Virus record (IMG/VR): IMGVR_UViG_3300042549_006728
Length of the DNA: 64,000 nucleotides
Direction: 5' to 3' (one strand)
Source of the DNA: a virus
Taxonomy: Duplodnaviria; Heunggongvirae; Uroviricota; Caudoviricetes
Part shown: piece after piece, positions 40,486 through 48,437 of the stretch
How positions within the stretch are numbered: position 1 is the first letter of the stretch
Layout: each line of letters begins with the position of its first letter
Notes under the pieces: generated by a model
Database searches by the model: none
Told to the model about the DNA's origin: nothing
What the model saw: the letters and a program-made list of their open reading frames with translations, nothing else
Program-made: the position numbers and the translations under genes

Positions 40486-40563
40486 ATAATATAAATATTA
40501 CTATAAATAAAAAAACCTCACCGTTTCTGATGAGGTTAGTTTTTTGAAACCTTGTTGTTTATT

Positions 40564-41454
40564 TTATTTATTTTTTAGAAGTTCTATTAGTTCTTCTTTT
40601 GAGAGATTACTTAATTGTTCTTCATATGTTTCTTCTTTTATTTCATTCCCACATTCAGGACAAAACTTCCAAGAAGACTTTTTAAGTTTTGTTAAACATT
40701 TCGAACATCTCTCAATTAAATCTTTTTTCTCTAATGGTTTCTGTGATTCTGGTAAAATCTTCCACACTGAAGTAGATACAGTCCATATATTAAAATTCTT
40801 ATTTACTGTTTTAAATGTTTGATCACTTTCAGAACCTTTTTCCACTCTACCTGTCTCCACAGATTTAGATTTTTTTGAGAGACTTCTACTTCTTGGTTGT
40901 TGTTCAAATTTATTTGATCGTATATTATTACTAAAACTTAATGTGTCATTAGTACTAGTTAAACTTACATCCATATTGGATTGTGAAGTATAGTTAAGAT
41001 TTGAACTGTAAAAGTTATTACCAATTGGTGCCGTTAAATTGTTATTAATATAGGTTGGATTATAGGTTGGGTAAGTCGTAAATGAGTTTAACCTAACTTC
41101 GATTTGTTCTTCTTCCTCATAAAATAAAATTTCAACATCTCCATTGTTTGCAATTGCATTCATTGTTTCATTCGTTGAGTCCACTGTGTAAGTTTCAAAC
41201 TTAAATTTGTTGGGGACATCAATGTACCTCTCAAGAAATACTCTTTCACCTGGTCGTAATATAATACCACCACCGTTAATAAATTCTCCGTTTATTTTGA
41301 TTTTTGATAGGACGTTTTTTCTTGATGGGTTATAAAGTTCTACTTCGAACTCCGATCCGTCCTTTAGATAAACACTCTGACCGAATTGTTTAACTCTTTG
41401 TTTTTCTTTTGTGATGTACGCACATGGTACATCATTGTTTAATTTGTAATTCAT
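40564..41454 (-). CDS. Phage protein with C-terminal zinc ribbon
   Basis: CSKC...FCPECG; start re-assigned to MNYKLNN; structured 5' UTR. Confidence 0.75.
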   Translation of the reverse strand: MNYKLNNDVPCAYITKEKQRVKQFGQSVYLKDGSEFEVELYNPSRKNVLSKIKINGEFINGGGIILRPGERVFLERYIDVPNKFKFETYTVDSTNETMNAIANNGDVEILFYEEEEQIEVRLNSFTTYPTYNPTYINNNLTAPIGNNFYSSNLNYTSQSNMDVSLTSTNDTLSFSNNIRSNKFEQQPRSRSLSKKSKSVETGRVEKGSESDQTFKTVNKNFNIWTVSTSVWKILPESQKPLEKKDLIERCSKCLTKLKKSSWKFCPECGNEIKEETYEEQLSNLSKEELIELLKNK

Positions 41455-41480
41455 TTTCCTTATTTTATTTTTTATTATTA

Positions 41481-41556
41481 TTGAACTCCGATTTGTTGGT
41501 ATCTTTTCCAACTCAAATGACACAAGGACACTCGGAACCCAGTAACAAGGTTTCAA
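41481..41556 (-). promoter_or_regulatory. Structured 5' leader RNA candidate
   Basis: Nested complementary segments on the minus strand (ttgaa/ttcaa, tccga/tcgga, atttg..gttgg/ccaac.aaat), directly after ATATTTAT at 41559-41566. Confidence 0.5.
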
Positions 41557-41601
41557 TTATAAATATAAGGTATTTTTATTTTATTGTAAATAGTAAAATA
41601 T

Positions 41602-42054
41602 TTACCACCAACTGAACCCACCGAATTTAGTGGCATTAAAACCAAATTTTTTATTCAATATAGATACTAATTCAGATTCCCATAATTTAGTCTTATTAAA
41701 ATAATTGTTTAAAGTCTCCATCATCTCTTCACTAATAACAATCATATCAAAATTAGTGTCCATAGCATATGTAATATCAGGTCTTTCGTAACAAGGTTCT
41801 GGTAGTTCATCGGAAAGTTCTTTAGGGTAATTACCATCCCCCCTATATCCTTTCCTCACAAGTTTAAAAATATAATCATCATGATTATCAGATTCAGGTA
41901 ATACAAAACCAATTGCGTAAGGATCACAACAAATCCCCATACCACAGTTGTATTCCGCCCAATCCATCCATGAATCAGTTAAATTAGGGTATTCAATATC
42001 TAGTACTCTCTCTATAGTACTAATCATTTTACTTTCTGTTATAATAATTTTCAT
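41602..42054 (-). CDS. Hypothetical protein with MKIIITESK leader
   Basis: 150 aa; CGMGICCD motif. Confidence 0.7.
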   Translation of the reverse strand: MKIIITESKMISTIERVLDIEYPNLTDSWMDWAEYNCGMGICCDPYAIGFVLPESDNHDDYIFKLVRKGYRGDGNYPKELSDELPEPCYERPDITYAMDTNFDMIVISEEMMETLNNYFNKTKLWESELVSILNKKFGFNATKFGGFSWW

Positions 42055-42377
42055 TTGTTAAAAATTTCAAGGTATAAATCTATTATGTATTGTCCATACC
42101 AATTCCAAATTTTATTTGATGTATCAAAATCCAATCCGTAATGTCTATCCATAATCGTATAAAAACATTCAGGTACCAACTCAAAAAACGGATTATACCT
42201 TGAATGGTTTAAATGTATAGATATGTTACAATCAAATAAATACCAATGGTATCCTTTTAGTTCTGTATTGGTTATTATGTCATTTATGACATAATCATTA
42301 AATCTTTTATTATCACTTATATTTACAGATTCATTAATAAGTCTTTTGAATTGATTTTCTGTTATAATAATCTTCAT
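42051..42377 (-). CDS. Leader plus a single DDT-family domain
   Basis: MKIIITENQFKRLINESV, then FNDYVINDIITNT...HYGL...IW..Y. Confidence 0.75.
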   Translation of the reverse strand: MKIIITENQFKRLINESVNISDNKRFNDYVINDIITNTELKGYHWYLFDCNISIHLNHSRYNPFFELVPECFYTIMDRHYGLDFDTSNKIWNWYGQYIIDLYLEIFNK

Positions 42378-42691
42378 TTTAAAAATCCCCAATCTTGTAT
42401 TTCATATAATTTTTGCATATATAGTTTCCAAACAATAAGACACTCCTGTCCAGTAAGACCATAGGTGTCCTTACAATAATGATCAAAATAAATTAACTGA
42501 GAATCTAATCCACTATATACGGTGTTGTCTAATAAACCAAATGTATGTTTAAAAACTGATCTAAATCCTGTTCTACCTGCAGTACTTCTACCATTACCTA
42601 TATAATAAGGTGGATTAAACCAAGTATTACCTATTTCGGTATCATCCACAAGGTACTCCACAATCTTATTTAAATATATCTCTTTATCCAT
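42374..42691 (-). CDS. Single DDT-family domain protein
   Basis: YLNKIVEYLVDDT...YCKDTYGLT..E...VW..Y. Confidence 0.8.
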   Translation of the reverse strand: MDKEIYLNKIVEYLVDDTEIGNTWFNPPYYIGNGRSTAGRTGFRSVFKHTFGLLDNTVYSGLDSQLIYFDHYCKDTYGLTGQECLIVWKLYMQKLYEIQDWGFLK

Positions 42692-42698
42692 AACAGTC

Positions 42699-43022
42699 TT
42701 AAAGTTTTTTCATGTCTACTCCACCAGCACTACCCTCAGTTTTGGAACTTCTTGCAAAACCAATTACTGAAGTTACATTTTCTTTAGATAAAGTTTTCTC
42801 CACACCATTTTTACTTTTCACAATACATCCACCGTCACTTGTTTTGGAGATATCCGCAACATTTATATCCATATAATATTTGGAGAATCTAATTATAGTA
42901 GTTCTATCATCAGTACTTACAGAAACAGTTCCGTCATTATTTACTTTAAATGTTGCACCATATAAAACGAAATTTTCGTTAATAAGTCTTTTGAATTGAT
43001 TTTCCGATATAATAATTTTCAT
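42699..43022 (-). CDS. Small protein with MKIIISENQFKRLINE leader
   Basis: 107 aa ORF. Confidence 0.7.
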   Translation of the reverse strand: MKIIISENQFKRLINENFVLYGATFKVNNDGTVSVSTDDRTTIIRFSKYYMDINVADISKTSDGGCIVKSKNGVEKTLSKENVTSVIGFARSSKTEGSAGGVDMKKL

Positions 43023-43045
43023 TATATTTTGTTTTTATATAAACA

Positions 43046-43870
43046 TCACTTAAGTAAGTTATAGTACTCTTTGAAGTGTTTTATTCTATCAGGTAAACCA
43101 ATTGTACCCCCATTTACTCTTTTTGTGACTGCGGTTACTGTTGAATCGTCCGCACCTTTGTCACAGATACTCCATAACTTATTAGAATCAAAAAAGAACG
43201 CCGCAGATGCCAATGGATACTTAGTCGCAACCAAATCAGGGTTAGAAACACAATCTTCACCGATAAATTTGGTAAAATTAGTGTAATTTGACTTACCAGT
43301 TAACTGAATATACCCTCTACCTCTAAATTTAAACCCTTCTTTGGTAGTTTCGTCACCATTACCCATTCTACTTGCGTAAACACGAGCCGCAATCTTCTCA
43401 GGTTGACGTGCATATGACTCATTTAAGTTACCTGGAAAGTATTTACCAAATATTTTCTTCAAACCGTCCGCAGAATAGTTTAAATTCTCTGAAACTGCCT
43501 TAAAACCACCTGATTCGTGACCACATTGAGCTAAAAAGTGAGCTAAACGTAAGTTATTTGTAATATTAAACTTTTTTGCAGTCTCAGGAATCTGTGCAAT
43601 GACAGAATCAGGTATATGACCCTTTAATTTTTCAATATTTAATGACCCACCTGAAGGAATTACAACATCTTCTTTTATTATTACGGTTGACCCAAACATT
43701 TTTAACCATGTTCCGTCACCAACAACACCATCTGAGGTTAATCCATTAGCCGATTGCCATTCTTTTACCGCTTTTTCTGTTCCGGGTCCGAATGATCCAT
43801 CCGCAGTAAGACCTAATTTTGTTTGGAGTTTTTTTACGTCTTCTCCTTTAGACCCATTTTTTAATAACAT
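43046..43870 (-). CDS. Endolysin: peptidoglycan-binding domain plus GH19 catalytic domain
   Basis: LKNGSKGEDVKKLQ...DG.FGPGT; FLAQCGHESGGF...ENLNYS; FRGRGYIQLTG..NY; VNGG..G..DR. Confidence 0.92.
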   Translation of the reverse strand: MLLKNGSKGEDVKKLQTKLGLTADGSFGPGTEKAVKEWQSANGLTSDGVVGDGTWLKMFGSTVIIKEDVVIPSGGSLNIEKLKGHIPDSVIAQIPETAKKFNITNNLRLAHFLAQCGHESGGFKAVSENLNYSADGLKKIFGKYFPGNLNESYARQPEKIAARVYASRMGNGDETTKEGFKFRGRGYIQLTGKSNYTNFTKFIGEDCVSNPDLVATKYPLASAAFFFDSNKLWSICDKGADDSTVTAVTKRVNGGTIGLPDRIKHFKEYYNLLK

Positions 43871-43936
43871 AACCTTTAATTTTATAATAAATATTCTAAA
43901 AATATTTTAAATCTTTTTTTAGTGAATATATGTAAT

Positions 43937-43965
43937 AAAAAAAACCCAGTATTTTAACTGGGTTC
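43937..43965 (-). terminator. Intrinsic terminator after the kinase-receiver-membrane operon
   Basis: aacccagt/actgggtt stem with an A-run on + (U-run on the minus-strand transcript). Confidence 0.65.
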
Positions 43966-43992
43966 TTATTTTAATTAAATATTCTCATCTTC

Positions 43993-44475
43993 TTAGTTTA
44001 TTTCACCATCTACCGATGATTCTTCTGTAGGGTACTCCTCAACAACCAAAGGAGTTTCTTCTTTAACTTGTGTATCTACAACAGTTGATCCTTGTGGTGG
44101 TCTTGGTGTTGTCGGATATTCCGCAACATTAGAAAAACTATTTCCGTCTTCCTCATCAACTTTCTGAATTAACATCTTATCTCTGTCTTCAGAGTTGAAC
44201 CAATAATCAACAACTTTATTAAGATTACCTACGAAGGCCCCGAATAAAATTAACAACATTTCTTTCCAGTTTTCTGCAATTTCAATTTGAAACATAACTG
44301 CCATATTAATACCAAAAATAATGAAGAAAAACAAGAATAAAATAATCCCTGTAATCTTCCATCTATTAGATTGCATTTGTTGCAACATATAATAGAAACG
44401 ATTTTTATCCTCCACTTTAACATAAGGAGTTTCCCCGAATAACATTTTTTTTAATCTACTTACCATTTTTTTCAT
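43993..44475 (-). CDS. Two-TM membrane protein, holin-like
   Basis: TM1 ITGIILFLFFFIIFGI, TM2 MLLILFGAFVG...VVDYWFNS; acidic tail; next to the endolysin. Confidence 0.6.
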   Translation of the reverse strand: MKKMVSRLKKMLFGETPYVKVEDKNRFYYMLQQMQSNRWKITGIILFLFFFIIFGINMAVMFQIEIAENWKEMLLILFGAFVGNLNKVVDYWFNSEDRDKMLIQKVDEEDGNSFSNVAEYPTTPRPPQGSTVVDTQVKEETPLVVEEYPTEESSVDGEIN

Positions 44476-44483
44476 TTTTTTTA

Positions 44484-45164
44484 TTATTTATCTTTGTTAG
44501 GACTTGCACCATATTTTACCCCAAGTATTGTCCCCACTATACTGAAACTATTTGTTAACAGAATACCAAACATATTACTCCAAGTGGATCCAATAATCTC
44601 AGTATCCTTTCCTATTGTCATAGAATAAACATATATTCCCGTTGTGACACACCCAACACCTATAATTACATAAAGTGCAACCTTAACAATATTATTAATC
44701 AACTCAAACTGAGTTTTCTTTTGAACTATATCTAAATTGTTTTCTGCCTCATTTTTAGCATTTTCTGCAACGACTCTTGCCTGTTCAGATTGTTTCATAG
44801 CCTCAATCAGTTCGGCACTTATTTTTTCATTCTCTAGTTTCCATTCAAGAAGTTCAGAGTTTTGACTTTCAATCCGATTGTTTTGATCCTCCATACTGGT
44901 TAAAGTATTTTGGAGTTCCTCCACCATTCTTTGGTTTTCATCGTTGAGTATAGTCAAATCTTTGTTCTGAACCTGAACCTGTTTGGTTACCTCCAAACGT
45001 TTACGTCTAGAATCTTTATCTTTATCCGTACATTTTTTTAAATAGTCTTTAAACAAATCGTTGTCCGATTCAAACAACTTAATAATGTTTCCTTCAAGTC
45101 CGATATTCTTGGACTCAAAGAGTTTAATTAAATTGTTTTCACTATTTTTATCTAACTTTATCAT
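44484..45164 (-). CDS. Coiled-coil protein with two C-terminal TM helices (holin/antiholin-like)
   Basis: Long heptad region, then VALYVIIGVGCVTTGIYV and MFGILLTNSFSIVGTILGV; ATGA overlap with the receiver gene. Confidence 0.65.
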   Translation of the reverse strand: MIKLDKNSENNLIKLFESKNIGLEGNIIKLFESDNDLFKDYLKKCTDKDKDSRRKRLEVTKQVQVQNKDLTILNDENQRMVEELQNTLTSMEDQNNRIESQNSELLEWKLENEKISAELIEAMKQSEQARVVAENAKNEAENNLDIVQKKTQFELINNIVKVALYVIIGVGCVTTGIYVYSMTIGKDTEIIGSTWSNMFGILLTNSFSIVGTILGVKYGASPNKDK

Positions 45165-45598
45165 TTATATACTTTGAAAGGTAAGGTTCTATTTTTATAA
45201 CCTTCATAATCTTTTCTGAACTCCTCTAAACGTGGCTCAATGTCGTCAGATTTGATAATCCAAAACTGAGCTCCCGCTTGAACTGCCTTTGATTGTTCTT
45301 CTGGTTCGTTTGATGATGAAATAATTCCAACAACTACGTGATTACCGTATTCAAAATTAATTTTTCTAATTAATTCTATACCATCAAAAGAACTACCAAT
45401 GATGTTTAAATCAACAAACACACAATCAGGTTTATCATTATCATCCCCACTTTTGAACCATTTTTCGAATTTTTTTGCCGCTTCGTCAGAACTATTTAAC
45501 GCGTTTAAAGACAAACTTATGTCAAGTAACGAACAAGCGTCCTCAAATACTAAATGGAATAAATCCTCGTCATCCACCAATAAAATTGAATCAATCAT
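45161..45598 (-). CDS. Stand-alone response-regulator receiver (CheY-like)
   Basis: LLVDDED acidic pocket, VFVDLN phospho-Asp, ISSS and IIKS Lys; no output domain. Confidence 0.9.
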   Translation of the reverse strand: MIDSILLVDDEDLFHLVFEDACSLLDISLSLNALNSSDEAAKKFEKWFKSGDDNDKPDCVFVDLNIIGSSFDGIELIRKINFEYGNHVVVGIISSSNEPEEQSKAVQAGAQFWIIKSDDIEPRLEEFRKDYEGYKNRTLPFKVYK

Positions 45599-45610
45599 TT
45601 TTTTCTTTTT

Positions 45611-47209
45611 TTATTTTATTTTTATTTTCATTTTAGTTCCTATTTCATTTTTCTCACAAGTAATTTTAAACTTGTGTTCTTCCAAAATTGCAACGCAAAT
45701 ATTTAATCCCAAACCAGTACCTGATTCCTTTTGTCCTTCTTTTCTTGTATATGGTTTACATAGGTAATCAAAATCTTCTTGTGTTAACCCCCTACCATTA
45801 TCTTGAATGTAAACAGTATTCTCATCAGAATATATTTTAACAAACTTAGTGTCAGAATCATTGTACTTTAAACCATTCCTGATTAAGTTGTCAACTGCAG
45901 TACAGAATAACGCTTCGTTTACTTCTATTGTTGGTAAGTCCTCAATAATTACTTGACTACTATATGCGGTTGATGATAGGTAATCAGATAGTATCACTTT
46001 TAAATCGCATTCCGCCTTATTTAAAACAACATCTTTTTTAACAAGATTTGTAAACTCATATACCCCTTTATACACTTTTTGTGAATGTTTAAGACCTTCC
46101 TTAATCATTCTAATTGGTGCCTCTATTTTTAAATCGGTAATGTCTTCGGGTTTTAATCTTCTTTCTAAAGAACTTAATCCTCTTGGCATATATGTATTGA
46201 TACCTGAGTGCATATCGTGTCTTAATATTTTAGCGGCATGTTCTAAATAAGTGTTCTTTTTTTCAATCTCTTTCTTTTGTTCGTGAGTAGTGGTGACATC
46301 TGTTGCAATTTTCATAACACGATAAATCTTACCATCCATACCAATGATTGGATTATAGGTTGCTTGAAGATGTATTAAGGAACCATCCTTTTTAACTCTA
46401 GTGATTTCACCAGTAAATAATATACCATCATTTAATTTTTCCCAAAAAAGAGAATATTCCTCACTTTTTGAGTGGTCCTCATCTATAAAAATCCTATGGT
46501 GTTTCCCAACCACTTCATCCAGTGATGAATATCCCATAGTATTTAAAAACAATTCATTAGCGAAAATTATATTCCCCTTCAAATCAAACTCAATAACAGC
46601 GTTGGATTTATTTATCGCGTTCATTCTATTACGAATTTCCACTTCTTTTTTCTTAAGATCTGTAACATCTTGTCTAATTGATGAGAATCCCTCCAACTTA
46701 CCGTGTTTGTCAAATTTTGCCTTGATGTAGGTATCGACATAATATAGTTCACCTGATTTTCCTTTGTTGGTAACAACATCATTCCATATCTCACCTTTCA
46801 TTACTTTTTCATACATTTTACCCCAATATCCATCAGGTTGTAATCCTGAGTTTACAATAACATGATCCTTACCTTTAACCTCATCTAAAGACCAACCTGA
46901 AACATCCTCAAACTTTTTATTAACGTATGTAATTTTACCGTATTTATCGGCAACAGAAACGATGGTTGCAGAATCAATAAAATCTTCACTATCTTTTATT
47001 TGTTTTAATAAACCATCTTTTAACTCTACGGTTTGGGATTTCATTAAAAAATAAAATAATGGAGAAAATAATAAAAAGCAAGATATCTCAATAATTTTTG
47101 TTATATCAGTGGATCCAATAATCCCCGATAAAACAAAAATTTTAGTTAAAAGAAAAGTAACCATCAAGATTACAGAAGGTATTATTAATAATTTACGTTT
47201 TTTAATCAT
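45611..47209 (-). CDS. Membrane-anchored PAS-PAS sensor histidine kinase
   Basis: Two N-terminal TMs, two PAS/PAC domains, H-box LRHDMH, N-box NLIRNGLKY, G1 DNGRG and G2 GTGLGL. Confidence 0.93.
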   Translation of the reverse strand: MIKKRKLLIIPSVILMVTFLLTKIFVLSGIIGSTDITKIIEISCFLLFSPLFYFLMKSQTVELKDGLLKQIKDSEDFIDSATIVSVADKYGKITYVNKKFEDVSGWSLDEVKGKDHVIVNSGLQPDGYWGKMYEKVMKGEIWNDVVTNKGKSGELYYVDTYIKAKFDKHGKLEGFSSIRQDVTDLKKKEVEIRNRMNAINKSNAVIEFDLKGNIIFANELFLNTMGYSSLDEVVGKHHRIFIDEDHSKSEEYSLFWEKLNDGILFTGEITRVKKDGSLIHLQATYNPIIGMDGKIYRVMKIATDVTTTHEQKKEIEKKNTYLEHAAKILRHDMHSGINTYMPRGLSSLERRLKPEDITDLKIEAPIRMIKEGLKHSQKVYKGVYEFTNLVKKDVVLNKAECDLKVILSDYLSSTAYSSQVIIEDLPTIEVNEALFCTAVDNLIRNGLKYNDSDTKFVKIYSDENTVYIQDNGRGLTQEDFDYLCKPYTRKEGQKESGTGLGLNICVAILEEHKFKITCEKNEIGTKMKIKIK

Positions 47210-47285
47210 ACAAATAAATATAGAAAAAATATTAAAAACTATTTACTTTAATTAATTTTTTCATATTTATAAAAAAATTAAAATT

Positions 47286-47882
47286 ATGAACTATACAAAA
47301 GAACAGGTTGAGGCTGCCGTAAAAGCCAAAGGTTATGTTTGGTTTGAGGACGCAAACAATAAAGGGTATGATGTAAACATTGTCGGTATTAGAAATTCAA
47401 GTACTGGACAAAAAGTGACTAACGTATTTGACGATTACATAACATTATCTTACAAAGTTGATGGACAATGGAAATTCCATATTTGGCCAGCAACTACTGA
47501 TCCAGGTACTAAAGGTGTTATGCAATTTGGTAACAAGGCAGGTGTCGCAAGATTAGTAGAGGGACAATACAGAGGGTCACATACAATGAGACTTCATGCT
47601 GGGAAATATGAAGCATTGGGTCAAAACAAACCAGTTAAAGTTTTCAGAGATCCTAATAAGAATATGGAATATGATGAAAATAAAATTCAAGAAGGTGTAT
47701 TTGGAATTAATATACACAAAGCAGGTGCCGACTCAACTTATGTTGAAAATTGGTCAGAAGGTTGTCAAGTGTTTAAAAAGTCAAAGGACTTTGAAGAATT
47801 TATGTCTATCTGTAGGAAAGCAAAAGGGGTACACGGTAATTCATTTACCTATACACTAATCGAAACTAACGACATTAAATAA
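47286..47882 (+). CDS. YkuD/L,D-transpeptidase-like cell-wall enzyme
   Basis: ATTDPG...GINIHKAG...WSEGCQV (H...S.GC catalytic motif). Confidence 0.7.
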   Translation: MNYTKEQVEAAVKAKGYVWFEDANNKGYDVNIVGIRNSSTGQKVTNVFDDYITLSYKVDGQWKFHIWPATTDPGTKGVMQFGNKAGVARLVEGQYRGSHTMRLHAGKYEALGQNKPVKVFRDPNKNMEYDENKIQEGVFGINIHKAGADSTYVENWSEGCQVFKKSKDFEEFMSICRKAKGVHGNSFTYTLIETNDIK

Positions 47883-47902
47883 ATCTACCAACATTAAATA
47901 AT

Positions 47903-47928
47903 AAAAGGTTCTTAGGGACCTTTTTTTT
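47903..47928 (+). terminator. Intrinsic terminator
   Basis: aaaaggttc-ttag-ggacctttttttt. Confidence 0.65.
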
Positions 47929-48053
47929 ATGATCCAAATAAAAAATCTCATCAAGAGGGGTTGGGGTGATTGAACAGTTCGGTCGTACAACTGATTAAAT
48001 AGAAGATATCATATTACGAAAAATATTTTATTATACCAAAGTATTTATTTAAT

Positions 48054-48437
48054 ATGAAAAGAACCATTAAAAGAATATTAAAGGAAGAACTAACCGAAAC
48101 AGAATATATGGGCGGAATTATTCCCTCACATTTTTTAGAGGAACTGGGAATTAAATTATTTAAAGAAGAAGATGTTGCCAGTCTTACAGAAATACAATTC
48201 GATACAAAACGTGTTGTAATAGATCTTTTTACTCTTGACGGAGACGAAGGATATGGTAGTTATGAAGATGCGATGAGTATACCTGATGGTTTTCAATACC
48301 AATACGGTTTTAACATTAATGATTTACCTGTAAGTTTTATAAAGTACTTAATAAAAGAACTGAATGATAACTATGGTACCAATTATTTGTACCCATTTTT
48401 AGATATAATACCAAAAGGTATGTTTAAGAACCTTTAA
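48054..48437 (+). CDS. Hypothetical protein with MKRTIKRILKEE leader
   Basis: 127 aa; GTATTTAT variant motif upstream. Confidence 0.7.
   Translation: MKRTIKRILKEELTETEYMGGIIPSHFLEELGIKLFKEEDVASLTEIQFDTKRVVIDLFTLDGDEGYGSYEDAMSIPDGFQYQYGFNINDLPVSFIKYLIKELNDNYGTNYLYPFLDIIPKGMFKNL

Noticed and set aside
2580-46730. Many 60-125 aa antisense ORFs in the track (e.g. 2580, 9174, 16181, 18803, 21870, 45399, 46401)
   Set aside because: They lie opposite well-supported genes and have the S/F/L/I-rich composition typical of shadow frames.
47941-48000. Possible tRNA in the GC-richer gap after the L,D-transpeptidase-like gene
   Set aside because: Only one short hairpin (cagtt/aactg); no cloverleaf or acceptor stem could be built. 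No tRNA was recognised anywhere in the window by eye.
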